Positions 9,589-19,056 of a DNA stretch of 64,000 nucleotides are shown here, piece after piece; position 1 is the first letter of the stretch; every line of letters begins with the position of its first letter. The notes under the pieces were generated by a model, which did not search any database, was not told the origin of the DNA, and was given only the letters and a program-made list of their open reading frames with translations. A program made the position numbers and the translations under genes. The stretch covers positions 32,001 through 96,000 of IMG/VR virus record IMGVR_UViG_3300031746_000003. One strand, given 5' to 3'. Source of the stretch: a virus.

Positions 9589-11350
9589 GGCCGCAGAACC
9601 AGCTCTAGACGTATGGGGAGACGACGATGAGTTGTGGGACCCAGAGCCAGCGTTAGAGGAAGATCCGTTAGTCATAGAGCACGCTGTAAAAGCTTTAACA
9701 GATATACCCAGTGCTATGCCATCTCAGTTTACTGAGTTTGCATTCATGATGCCCACTGAGAGGGATAATAGCCTGGGGTTTGATAGGTTCTCTTTTGATA
9801 AGCGGCCACATCTGAGAAGGATGTACGACACGCCAGCTAAGCGTGTCCTTCTATTCTGTGGTCGGCAGGTTGAGAAGAGCACACTGCTTGGTAACATAGC
9901 CCTCTGTTACACCTGCATGGTGCCGTCGTTCAAGACGCTCTATGTCTCTCCGTCTGCATCACAGACAAAGACGTTCTCTAACGACCGTATCAAGGAGCCT
10001 ATCGAGACCAGCCCGATACTAAAGAAGTTCACTACTACCATGCTCTCTCAGAACATCTTGGAGAAGCAGTTCGTGAACCGCTCTAAGATAACTATGCGGT
10101 ATGCCTTCCTTAATGCTGACCGCGTTCGAGGTATTCCTGCCTGGCTGCTAGAGCTCGATGAGTTTCAAGATATTTTATCTGACAGCATCCCCATCATTGA
10201 GCAGTGTCTTTCTCACGCACCTGAGCGATGGAAGCGCTTTATCTACGCTGGTACCCCTAAGAGCCTAGACAACACGCTGGAGGAGTACCGCTCTAAATTC
10301 TCTACTCAGGGAGAGTGGGTAGTACCCTGCGATAGACACGGTGGTGAGGGCGGTCGATACTGGAACGTGCTGGGTGAGAAGAACATAGGTAAACGCAGCT
10401 TGGTGTGTGAGAAGTGCCACAAGCCAATCAATCCACAGCACCCAGATGCACAGTGGGCCAACATGGTGAAGGAGGCGGCCTTTGAAAGTTACCGCATCCC
10501 TCAGCTCATGGTTCCGTGGAAACCATGGGATGAAATCTACCTAGACTATGAGCGCTACCCTAGGGCTCGTTTCTATAACGAGGTCCTTGGTATCTCGTTT
10601 GATTCAGGTGTACGCCCACTAACACTGGGGCAGGTTCGGGATGTCTGTAATCCTGAAGTGCACATGGCTGATGCTGACAAGTACCGTTCTAGGTCGTACG
10701 CTCAGCCGTTCTTTGCCGGTATTGACTGGGGTACTGGTGAGGGCAGTAGCTATACGGTCATCGTTATCGGCACGTACATAGACATGAAGTTCCGGGTCAT
10801 CTACGCCCATCGGTTTACTGGAGAGGACGTAGACCCGACGCCGCAGCTTGAGAAGATCTGCGAACTCATCGACTTCTTCAACATCAAGATCATAGCTTGT
10901 GATTACGGCATGGGCTTCGGTATGACCGACCCATTGATACGCAAGTACGGTATCCAACGCATCCACAAGTTCCAGTACTTAGGTAAGGCTAAGAAGAAAG
11001 TGGAGTGGGACGGGCGTATCCGTAGGTGGAAGGTTCACCGGACTGAGGTGATGAGCGACATCTTCAGTGCCATCAAGCGGAAGCAGCTCGAGTTCCCTCG
11101 CTTTGAGGACTTCGGTAGTCCTTACGCGGAGGACATGATCAACATCTTCAGCGAGTACAGCGATGGTCAAAAGATGATCTTGTACAAGCACGCTACCGAC
11201 AAACCGGATGACACATTCCATGCGATTGTGTTCATGCTGCTTGGCTCAATGATCCTCAGGCCTCGCCCGGATATCATTGCTCCTATGCGTGAGGACCCAC
11301 GTACCGGGAAGATAATAGACACTTACTCAGGCCCCACAAATCAGGGCTAG
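9587..11350 (+). CDS. terL: Terminase large subunit (lambda gpA-like)
   Basis: Walker A-like CGRQVEKST, Walker B LELDEFQD, coupling motif AGTPK, central CxxC, RNase H-type GIDWG and PDDTFHA. Confidence 0.9.
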   Translation: MAAEPALDVWGDDDELWDPEPALEEDPLVIEHAVKALTDIPSAMPSQFTEFAFMMPTERDNSLGFDRFSFDKRPHLRRMYDTPAKRVLLFCGRQVEKSTLLGNIALCYTCMVPSFKTLYVSPSASQTKTFSNDRIKEPIETSPILKKFTTTMLSQNILEKQFVNRSKITMRYAFLNADRVRGIPAWLLELDEFQDILSDSIPIIEQCLSHAPERWKRFIYAGTPKSLDNTLEEYRSKFSTQGEWVVPCDRHGGEGGRYWNVLGEKNIGKRSLVCEKCHKPINPQHPDAQWANMVKEAAFESYRIPQLMVPWKPWDEIYLDYERYPRARFYNEVLGISFDSGVRPLTLGQVRDVCNPEVHMADADKYRSRSYAQPFFAGIDWGTGEGSSYTVIVIGTYIDMKFRVIYAHRFTGEDVDPTPQLEKICELIDFFNIKIIACDYGMGFGMTDPLIRKYGIQRIHKFQYLGKAKKKVEWDGRIRRWKVHRTEVMSDIFSAIKRKQLEFPRFEDFGSPYAEDMINIFSEYSDGQKMILYKHATDKPDDTFHAIVFMLLGSMILRPRPDIIAPMREDPRTGKIIDTYSGPTNQG

Positions 11351-11352
11351 TG

Positions 11353-11610
11353 CTATTTCTTTCCTGGGTTAAAGTCGGTAGATAGTGTGAAGGCCCTCAG
11401 AGCGTCTGTTGACGCTGGGCGAACTGGAGTTTTCTCCTCCTCAAGCGGGTAGAGTAGCTGCTCCAGTCTGGCCTTCATCATGTAGATAATGGGCCGTTCT
11501 TTAGCTAGAGAGTCCAGCAGTACAAGCGTAACGGTTAGCTCTTTTAGTATCTGAGCTAGCTCACTGCGACGGATCTGTACGTAGTCTGCACTAGGTGGGG
11601 CCATCGCCAC
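11353..11610 (-). CDS. Hypothetical protein (ORF track strand label is wrong)
   Basis: The translation MAMAPPSADY matches the reverse complement of 11581-11610. Confidence 0.55.
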   Translation of the reverse strand: MAMAPPSADYVQIRRSELAQILKELTVTLVLLDSLAKERPIIYMMKARLEQLLYPLEEEKTPVRPASTDALRAFTLSTDFNPGKK

Positions 11611-11630
11611 CTAGTTTACTACAGGTAAGT

Positions 11631-11689
11631 GAGCTCGCCCAACCGCGCTACAGGAGAGGGGGGTACTGCTACCTCAGTTGAGCGAGCTC
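11631..11689 (-). other. Intergenic inverted repeat / stem-loop
   Basis: GAGCTCGCCCAAC ... GTTGAGCGAGCTC; a 13-bp stem fully paired (one G-U) on the minus-strand RNA. Confidence 0.6.
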
Positions 11690-11707
11690 GACTACAGGAT
11701 AGACGAG

Positions 11708-12418
11708 TTACCCAGGAAACGCCAAAGCAATGATGTCCTCATGGACGTCACCTTTACTAGCTGGGAACAGGCTCTCAGCTAACTTCTGTCCCTTACTGTG
11801 GCGCACATAGAAGTAAGCTACGTTACGTACATTCCTGTGGGCCATCATAAAATAGCTGTTCACTACAAACATCTCAGTGTCATGTAGCTGAATAGTTTGG
11901 TGATTGATCTTGTTGCCCAGATCTAGGAAGACCTTCCACGGCTCAGTACTTTCTGTGTACTGCTCGACTAGCCCTAGGTACTCTTCTGTGACTACATAAA
12001 ACACCCTGGCCCACTCCAGTATCTTAGAGCTGCTAAGGGGGAGCTCGCTCTCTATAAGCTCTTCAGCTTCAGCGTACAGCTGTAGGATAGCGAGTTCTGT
12101 TAGTACCAAGGGCTTGGTGTCCACGCCTAGTACCGTCAGTAGCTTGGACAGTAACTTCTCTGTATTCTGGCTAGACACGTAGGCTTGCTTGGCCATGGTG
12201 GCTACCGCTGCAAGGCTGGTGTCCTTTGACTTGGCCTCAACCAGCGCAGCTACATCGTCTATTTTGTAGAGCCTAGGAGATCTGGATGAGCGCCCAGGCC
12301 TGACGAATGGTAGAATACCTGAGCGGGTGTACCCCCGTACCATACTGACACCTACCCCTAACATCCTCCCAGCCTCCTTGGCGGTCAGTAGGTCAGCTTC
12401 GCTTTCAGGTATAGCCAT
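11708..12418 (-). CDS. N-terminal MerR/excisionase-type helix-turn-helix DNA-binding protein (ORF track strand label is wrong)
   Basis: LLTAKEAGRMLGVGVSMVRGYTRSGILP...RLYKIDDV; translation matches the reverse complement. Confidence 0.75.
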   Translation of the reverse strand: MAIPESEADLLTAKEAGRMLGVGVSMVRGYTRSGILPFVRPGRSSRSPRLYKIDDVAALVEAKSKDTSLAAVATMAKQAYVSSQNTEKLLSKLLTVLGVDTKPLVLTELAILQLYAEAEELIESELPLSSSKILEWARVFYVVTEEYLGLVEQYTESTEPWKVFLDLGNKINHQTIQLHDTEMFVVNSYFMMAHRNVRNVAYFYVRHSKGQKLAESLFPASKGDVHEDIIALAFPG

Positions 12419-12442
12419 GATACTTTTTTACTGGAGAGTTCA

Positions 12443-13681
12443 ATGAGCGACCTACCTTCTTCTCTACTTTTACAGCAGTCCCACGCTCGAAGTATCTCTG
12501 GCGAGGACCTAGAGACCTTCGGTCGTCAAGCCGCAGAGAAATATGCATCCGGTACCCCACTAACACAAGCTGTAGTGGAGACGGTGAAGAAAGCTGGGCT
12601 TTCTCCCGAGCAGGTACGGAGAGTAACAGAGTTTGCTAACACAGAGACGTTCCTCCGGGAGTTCAAGAAGGAAGGCTCTGAGCACCGCGTTGTGAACTTC
12701 GACGGTGGCCCAGCAGACTACTCTCGGGTTCTTCAAGATCTAAACGATGGTGGTGGGGGAACCGTATTTGACTACGGTAACTCTGACTACTCACATGAGC
12801 CGTCTAAGAAGGCATCTGTGCGTGATGATTTTGAAGTAAAGCTAGCCTCCATGTTTGAGGTGGGGAGCACGGCTCTACCATATGCTGAGCCTCTTCGAGA
12901 TGCGATGGACTTGAAGGACAAGCTAGCAGCTGCCTATGACGAGATAGCTCATGAGCTATCCACTGGAGAGAACGTATTCGGGGACATCTCGGACTACCTC
13001 TACAACCAGGTTAAGCAGGCAGCTCTTAATGGGGTTAGTCTAGGAGATGTGGTCCAGGTTTGGAGTTTACTATCTCCAGATCCCATCTTCATCAAGACCG
13101 CCTTCCAGATGGTAACCCCACGGCTAGTGAGCGATGGGGTCATGTCTAGGGCTGACCTGAACGACTCTATTGCTAAGACAGCCCACAACGTTACGCCTAA
13201 CCCAGAGCACCCACTGGTAGATGGTTTTCAAGCGTACTGTGAGTCGCTGAATAAACTAGCGGCTCTACGACAGGTACAGGGGGAATTAGAGGCTGGCTTG
13301 GACAGTATCTCTACGTTCCTAAAGGCTGCCGCTGAGGAAGTGGTAGTCAAGGATAACAAGCCTATATCTGAGGTCATTAAGAAGGTTTGGCACGGCTCAA
13401 AAGAGTTATCTGAAAAAGCTGCGCCACATACCGCTGACTTAGCTAGGGCCGCAGTCGGCGGGGTACTAGGTCATGGCGCTGGTGAGACGGCTAGCAAGGT
13501 AGTGGGTGGGATCACTAAGAAAGCGCCGCATATTGCGGCTGCCCTAGCGGCAGAAGCTGCGTACCAAAGAGCTAAGTACAGCCCTACAGTGCAGGGAACT
13601 AAGAACTTCGTCCTATCTAGAGTTCCGTATACGAATCAGAATATGATTCGGCAGTACAACCTACAAAATTCGAATCCCTAA
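12443..13681 (+). CDS. Putative head assembly/internal protein with K-x-A sites
   Basis: First gene of the head operon, GGAGAG SD; KKAS, KLAS, KLAA, KQAA, KTAF, KTAH. Confidence 0.6.
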   Translation: MSDLPSSLLLQQSHARSISGEDLETFGRQAAEKYASGTPLTQAVVETVKKAGLSPEQVRRVTEFANTETFLREFKKEGSEHRVVNFDGGPADYSRVLQDLNDGGGGTVFDYGNSDYSHEPSKKASVRDDFEVKLASMFEVGSTALPYAEPLRDAMDLKDKLAAAYDEIAHELSTGENVFGDISDYLYNQVKQAALNGVSLGDVVQVWSLLSPDPIFIKTAFQMVTPRLVSDGVMSRADLNDSIAKTAHNVTPNPEHPLVDGFQAYCESLNKLAALRQVQGELEAGLDSISTFLKAAAEEVVVKDNKPISEVIKKVWHGSKELSEKAAPHTADLARAAVGGVLGHGAGETASKVVGGITKKAPHIAAALAAEAAYQRAKYSPTVQGTKNFVLSRVPYTNQNMIRQYNLQNSNP

Positions 13682-13682
13682 A

Positions 13683-14156
13683 ATGACTAACAAGCTAGAC
13701 AGCTATATAGACAAGCGAGCGTCCTACAAGGTGACTCCTATGAGTCAGATCCTTAGGCAGGCTGCGCCACACATAGGTGCTCAAGTTGCTGTCGGTGTTG
13801 CAATGATGGGTGTAGGTGCGGCTGCTAGAGCATCCTATCAAGCAATAACGAAGCGCCGTGACTTCCGTACTATGCTGCAGTCGAACCCAGACTTGCAGGA
13901 TCACATGAGCGCAAACCCAGCGCAGTTCAATAGACACTACAACTCTCTTAGGTCTATGAACCCTGACTTTGCTACTGACCCCATAGTGGCAGGTAGCTAC
14001 ATGCGCCAAATGAGCCTTAACCCGCGCACTGCGGGTAACGTCATAGTTGAATCACTGCAGGCCGCTAAGGGGCAGCGTGGTCCTTCACACGTCTCCATGG
14101 GCTGGACTGAGGGTGAGAAGCCGTCTGGGAAGCTCGAAGGTAAGTTCGGCTTCTAA
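13683..14156 (+). CDS. Hypothetical virion protein
   Basis: 157 aa, N-terminal DKRAS then a hydrophobic Gly/Ala helix. Confidence 0.6.
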   Translation: MTNKLDSYIDKRASYKVTPMSQILRQAAPHIGAQVAVGVAMMGVGAAARASYQAITKRRDFRTMLQSNPDLQDHMSANPAQFNRHYNSLRSMNPDFATDPIVAGSYMRQMSLNPRTAGNVIVESLQAAKGQRGPSHVSMGWTEGEKPSGKLEGKFGF

Positions 14157-15892
14157 TGATCAAGCTCAGCCACTTCAGAGGAGAATCTGAAGCTGGGCCT
14201 ACGGTAATACCGCTCTTTGGTCCCGCTGATTCTACGTTTGAGAAGGTTGCTTCTTACACCCTTCTACCAGACGTAGTCCGTTACATTGGGGACCTAAGAC
14301 CCTCGCACAACTCTCAGTACGTTCTAGTGAACGCCATGGGAGCTACGGAGTGGTGGGGGTCTAACGTGAACGGGGATAGCTTCAAAGAAGCCTCCTTGAT
14401 TCATCGCCCTGAGAACTGGACTGGTAACCCCCTACTAGACAAGGTGGTAGCCAGGGACTGGGCCTATGGTTTCCCCACGTTCTACAACGCCCACGCCTTC
14501 GCTCACCATAAGAACAAGGATGCTGGCAGGGCTTACGGTAATGTAGAGCTAGCTGCCTGGAACCCGCACATGAAGCGGGTAGAGCTGGTCATCAGGGTAG
14601 ACAAGGACAAGTGTGAGCAGTTCGGTGGTACTGCTGTCTGGGATAGGCTTCGAGCAGGGCAGTACCCGGATGTCAGCATGGGATGTCGGGTCAAGTTTGA
14701 TACCTGTAGTATCTGTCTAGACCGCGAGCTCTACAACAAGGCCATTGCTAGCTTCAACCCGAAGACACAGAAGGCCCCTGACGACGCGGTTATAGCTATG
14801 CATGAGCGGCTGAAGGCTCATGACGGCGTCGGTATTCGTGGGGTATCGAAGACACGCGTTGACTACTGTCAGCACGCGTTAAAGCAGATGAACAAGATCT
14901 TGCCCGATGGGCGCAAGGTCTGGGTAGACAATGACTACCCCAGGTTCTTCGACATCAGCTTTGTATTCATCGGGGCAGACAAGACTGCCAAGGTGATGAT
15001 GTTCATCCATGGTGGGAAGATGAAGACATCTTCTCAGCTAGCTGATGAGCTAGGTTACATAGAGCTTGTCGGCGGTACTGAGAAGGTAGCTTCAGTAGAC
15101 GATGAGATCTTGAAGATGGCTCTGCTTGGTAAGAGCGCCAAGAGCAAAAAAGGAGAGATGAAGAAGGACATCGTACCTAGCCAGTTCGCTGGTAAGGCGG
15201 TGCCTATCATCTCCGGTAAAGAGAAGGACCTTCCTGACGAGGTTCTAGAAGCTATGGCTAAGGTGCCACTAGAGAGGTCCCTAGCTACAGCTTCTGGGTT
15301 AGGCATGGTTCTGAAGCCGAGAGAGTTTCAGAGGATCACTCTTATCAGTATTTCTCAGCGCCCCATGGCAGACCAGTTAGACAAGGACAACAAGGTCTTT
15401 AGCCACTGCGATGAAGAGCACCCAATAGGGATGTCCCCTAAGGACTTCATGCCAGCATTGGCTCGTTTACTGCTGCCATTGATGGCTTCTAGGTCTGCAC
15501 TTGGGGAACATGTAGAGAAGCGGGCGATGGAGGCTTTTAGTTCTCCAGCAGAAATTAAAGATCCCCCTTCTTCCCATAGTGCGGAGATACTACGTAAGAT
15601 TAGTTCTGCCTATAACGGTTACCGTAGAGAACTAATGGACTTGGCCGCACATTCTCAGGAGCTCATACCTAAAGCAGCAATGGTTGCTGAGGTAGAGTTG
15701 CACAAGCTGGCTAATGCTACGGTAGAAGATACCTTTACCCCACTGTCTATTGAGTATCTACAACAAGCCTTCTTGAATGAGAGGGGTGTTGGACATACAA
15801 CAGCAGAAGTGGTAAAACAATCAACAATCAGGCTAACGCCGGCGTGTAGAGAGGTTCCCCTCTCAGTGAGCACGTGGAACCATCGTACGTAA
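14156..15892 (+). CDS. Putative prohead (capsid maturation) serine protease
   Basis: His in FAHHKNKD, nucleophile-type DVSMGC followed by CSIC, and FFDISFVFIGADKTA (assemblin/HK97-protease-like pattern); lies upstream of scaffold and capsid genes. Confidence 0.7.
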   Translation: MIKLSHFRGESEAGPTVIPLFGPADSTFEKVASYTLLPDVVRYIGDLRPSHNSQYVLVNAMGATEWWGSNVNGDSFKEASLIHRPENWTGNPLLDKVVARDWAYGFPTFYNAHAFAHHKNKDAGRAYGNVELAAWNPHMKRVELVIRVDKDKCEQFGGTAVWDRLRAGQYPDVSMGCRVKFDTCSICLDRELYNKAIASFNPKTQKAPDDAVIAMHERLKAHDGVGIRGVSKTRVDYCQHALKQMNKILPDGRKVWVDNDYPRFFDISFVFIGADKTAKVMMFIHGGKMKTSSQLADELGYIELVGGTEKVASVDDEILKMALLGKSAKSKKGEMKKDIVPSQFAGKAVPIISGKEKDLPDEVLEAMAKVPLERSLATASGLGMVLKPREFQRITLISISQRPMADQLDKDNKVFSHCDEEHPIGMSPKDFMPALARLLLPLMASRSALGEHVEKRAMEAFSSPAEIKDPPSSHSAEILRKISSAYNGYRRELMDLAAHSQELIPKAAMVAEVELHKLANATVEDTFTPLSIEYLQQAFLNERGVGHTTAEVVKQSTIRLTPACREVPLSVSTWNHRT

Positions 15893-15914
15893 CATCCCCG
15901 GAGGATTAAATTCC

Positions 15915-16559
15915 ATGAGCACATTGCACGGTAACGAAGATATGGAGAAGGCGGCGGCAGCTGAGCTATTTGTTAAGCTCGCCCAGGAGAACGGCATCAA
16001 TCTTAACCAGATGACTGATGCGGATATCAGCAGTCTCTGGCAGGAGACGTTCGGTGAGAAGACCGCTGAGGCAGCAGTAGCAGTAGAGCCCACGGTTGAC
16101 CCGACGATTGAGGCTGCCGAGCAGGAGCACGCTGAGAAGCAGGCTTCGCTAGCTAAGTTTGCTGAGGCGGAAGAGCTTGGTCGTCACATGGCCCGTAGCT
16201 ATGTGGATGAGCTCCAGAAGATAGGCTCTGCGGCTAAGACAGCCGGAGACGACGAGAAGAAGGATGAAGCCAAGGACGAGGACAAGAAGGACGACAAGGA
16301 CGCCGACGACAAGGGTGGCTTCCCCTTCAAGAAGGCTTCCGCCATCGACCAGCTCTCGGCATACAAGGCTGTAGAGAAGGCTGCGTCTATTGGGTACAGC
16401 AGTGAGGAAGCGGCAGACCGGATCAGTGCAGTGCTGACTCTTGGTCTGGCGAACAACGACGGTGTCAAGGTCGCGTCTGCCCCCAACGTAGAAACGGCCA
16501 CTGAGATTCGCTCGCTAGAGCTTCTTGAGGCGGCTGGTTACCCGGTCACTTGGAACTAA
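15915..16559 (+). CDS. Putative scaffold protein
   Basis: Acidic and helical, GGAGG SD, about 9 K-x-A/G sites (EKAA, KLAQ, EKTA, EKQAS, KIGS, KTAG, KKAS, EKAAS, KVAS). Confidence 0.55.
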   Translation: MSTLHGNEDMEKAAAAELFVKLAQENGINLNQMTDADISSLWQETFGEKTAEAAVAVEPTVDPTIEAAEQEHAEKQASLAKFAEAEELGRHMARSYVDELQKIGSAAKTAGDDEKKDEAKDEDKKDDKDADDKGGFPFKKASAIDQLSAYKAVEKAASIGYSSEEAADRISAVLTLGLANNDGVKVASAPNVETATEIRSLELLEAAGYPVTWN

Positions 16560-16579
16560 GTGGATGCTAAGAGGTACTG

Positions 16580-18076
16580 ATGTTCAAGCTATCGGACTCC
16601 AACTCGATAGCCCTCCCCGACCCAACTGCTGGGTCGGCGGAGGATGCACCAATAGCTCTTACGCACGTAGCAAACAAGCCAGCTCCAGGACTCAAGGGAC
16701 CAGCAGGTCTTTCCCCCCGAACTTCCTACTCCAGAGTGAACACAGGATCTCCGCCTATCCCCGACGCAGGGGCATCAGGGCAGAAGAGCATGTCACCAGG
16801 AGGCTTGGAGTTCTTACCCAAGACAGCCAGTGAGGATTTCATGCACACTATGATCGAGCGTCCTACTCTCCAAGACATGCTGAAGGCAGCCATGGAGGGC
16901 ACCATCAACAAGGTGGACATCACCAATGAGGCTGCCCGTCAGCTGTACAACCAGGGTGATGACGAAGCCCCAGTAGCTGAGAAGATGGCTTCCACTACGC
17001 ACTTTTCTACTGACTACATCGAGAAGCTTTCCGATGCTATCGGCTACATTGCTGAGAAGCTAGCAGAGGACAGCAAGAAGGAAGCTGCTACTGGCCATCA
17101 GCAGAAGCCAGGTGAAGGTCCGGGTGCTCTACATGTCATGCAGGCTACGTCCAGCATGAGGAACGTGGATGCTGGTGAGCAGGGTCAAGCTAAGACTCAG
17201 CTGCCGGTTAACCCCGGTACAAAGAAGCTACCTGGGCAGAAGCAAGATCCAGGTACAGCGATGGAGACCAACGTGCACATGCAACATGGCGAGCAGCCTG
17301 TTGACCCGTGGCACAATGAGAAGGCCAAGCTATCAGAAGCTGCTGACCAATCGCTGGTAGAGCGTCTGAAGAAGCTTGCTGCTGGACTGCCTGGCGCTCC
17401 TACATTTGCTGGACGTGCCGGTGGTGTGAGCTCGGCTCTAGTTAAGCCCACAGGAGCTCAGTGGGCTCCAGGTCATAGCGCAGCTGGCAGAGATCCCTTC
17501 CATGGAATGGCTCTACCGAAGTCGCCGATACCTGCCCCACCAGCACATGTTTACCAGGCTGCTGGTATGGCTCAGCCAAAGGTGGCGGCAGCTCCTGTCG
17601 CTCTTCTTCGCAAGCTAGCTGGTGAGGATGAAGCTCCGGCTACCATCAGTGCTGGTCCAGCAGTACCTCCTGACGCCAGCTCTGCTGAGCAGGGTGTCCC
17701 TGTGCAGCCTTCTGACGTCAATCGTCAGACCAATATGGTTGACTCTAATATGTCGGCCATTAACTACACCAAGGGGCAGGCCAAGGCAGATCCCAAGACT
17801 GACGTGAACAAGGTCCTCGTCGAGAAGGCTCTTTCGTCGGCTACTGACAAGACACTTGAACGTGCCTTCGCCCATACGGGACAGGCTGGTGTGAAGATCT
17901 CTGCCGCTGATACTTCTGATGCGTCTATTAAGGTAGCTGCAGCTCGTGCACTACTCTCTAAGATCGCATCGGAAGTAGACGACAAGCGTAAGAACAATAA
18001 AGAGAAGGACTCCGCCTTTGGAGGTCCTACACCACAGGCAGCTACTGGTGTTAATGCTGCCTCTATGGGTTCCTAG
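16580..18076 (+). CDS. Putative scaffold/internal head protein, low complexity
   Basis: Pro/Ala/Gln-rich 498 aa with more than 10 K-x-A/S sites. Confidence 0.55.
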   Translation: MFKLSDSNSIALPDPTAGSAEDAPIALTHVANKPAPGLKGPAGLSPRTSYSRVNTGSPPIPDAGASGQKSMSPGGLEFLPKTASEDFMHTMIERPTLQDMLKAAMEGTINKVDITNEAARQLYNQGDDEAPVAEKMASTTHFSTDYIEKLSDAIGYIAEKLAEDSKKEAATGHQQKPGEGPGALHVMQATSSMRNVDAGEQGQAKTQLPVNPGTKKLPGQKQDPGTAMETNVHMQHGEQPVDPWHNEKAKLSEAADQSLVERLKKLAAGLPGAPTFAGRAGGVSSALVKPTGAQWAPGHSAAGRDPFHGMALPKSPIPAPPAHVYQAAGMAQPKVAAAPVALLRKLAGEDEAPATISAGPAVPPDASSAEQGVPVQPSDVNRQTNMVDSNMSAINYTKGQAKADPKTDVNKVLVEKALSSATDKTLERAFAHTGQAGVKISAADTSDASIKVAAARALLSKIASEVDDKRKNNKEKDSAFGGPTPQAATGVNAASMGS

Positions 18077-18109
18077 GCATCCTGAGTGTAGAATACTAAG
18101 GACTACTTC

Positions 18110-18475
18110 ATGGAAAAGCTAAGTAACGAAAAGATCTCTCAGGTTCTACAGGACACTCAAGTTGTTCTGATGAGCGTCGCGGCCGAGCGTGACTCTGCTG
18201 TTGAGAAGCTTGCTCATCTAGAGCGGCGTCTTGATGCCGAGAAGCTTGCTGCCATGATGCACCACAAGGGTCTGGAGACAGACACAGATTTTGCTTCGCT
18301 AGCTGACCATCTTGAGAAAGAGGCAGAGCGGGGCAAATTCGAAGTAATCAAACAAGCGGTTGAGATGGTCGGTCCCAACATGGGATTTAAGACCGCAAGT
18401 GTTCACCACGACTCGGTGACCCAAGGAGCCGGACATACCGACTTCGAAAGGTTCCTAGTCGGGGACGTAGGCTGA
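18110..18475 (+). CDS. Putative scaffold-associated coiled-coil protein
   Basis: 121 aa; EKLS, EKLA x2, KTAS; upstream of the capsid genes. Confidence 0.55.
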   Translation: MEKLSNEKISQVLQDTQVVLMSVAAERDSAVEKLAHLERRLDAEKLAAMMHHKGLETDTDFASLADHLEKEAERGKFEVIKQAVEMVGPNMGFKTASVHHDSVTQGAGHTDFERFLVGDVG

Positions 18476-18497
18476 CCAAGGATTCAGGAGGATATTC

Positions 18498-19022
18498 ATG
18501 AGCACCGTGCAGCGAATCAATTTTGAACCGGTCAGTGACATACTACCGGTTCAGCGTAGGGACTTCCCACTTAACGATCCGACCCTAGCTGACCCACTGA
18601 ACTCAGTGGCGCTAGTGGATGGTGAGTGGGCAACCATCAACAGCGCCTATAAGCTAGTGCGTGGCAGCGATGTCACGGCCACTGGTGACCCGGCGCTCAT
18701 CAAGACCTTCCCGGTTTTCATGGAGCGTGGTCGTTACGATGTGCAGGCGATGTCACAGCGTAAGACGATGATCCTCTGGCGTGGAGATTACGAGTTCGAT
18801 ACTCGTATCTTTGATGCCTCGGTGACAATTGGCGGAGGAGCTCCTATTACTACGGTTATGCAGCCACTCAAGGTTGCGACCATTGTGATTGGCGCCCGTA
18901 AGTTCACCGGGCTAGTTGGCCATGGTGGAGCTGCGGATACTAACCCCGTTGTAGGCTTCGTTTCTCGGCTACCCGCCAGCAACGGTGGCAAGCTTCGGTT
19001 CATCAACGGTAGCCGGGTCTAA
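18498..19022 (+). CDS. Putative head decoration/cement protein
   Basis: 174 aa, beta-rich, strong AGGAGG SD, immediately before the major capsid gene. Confidence 0.55.
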   Translation: MSTVQRINFEPVSDILPVQRRDFPLNDPTLADPLNSVALVDGEWATINSAYKLVRGSDVTATGDPALIKTFPVFMERGRYDVQAMSQRKTMILWRGDYEFDTRIFDASVTIGGGAPITTVMQPLKVATIVIGARKFTGLVGHGGAADTNPVVGFVSRLPASNGGKLRFINGSRV

Positions 19023-19056
19023 TCCCGAGCTCTGACAAGGATTAGGAGAAGAACAA

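Noticed and set aside
2567-9768. Intragenic TTATCCC/GGGATAA copies at 2567 and 9762
   Set aside because: They lie inside coding sequence with no suitably placed downstream gene, compatible with chance for a 7-mer.
11353-12418. ORF-track '+' labels for 11353..11610 and 11708..12418 (also 62832..63092)
   Set aside because: The given translations match the reverse complement, so these are minus-strand. The 62832 ORF is also just an antisense shadow of 62838-63899.
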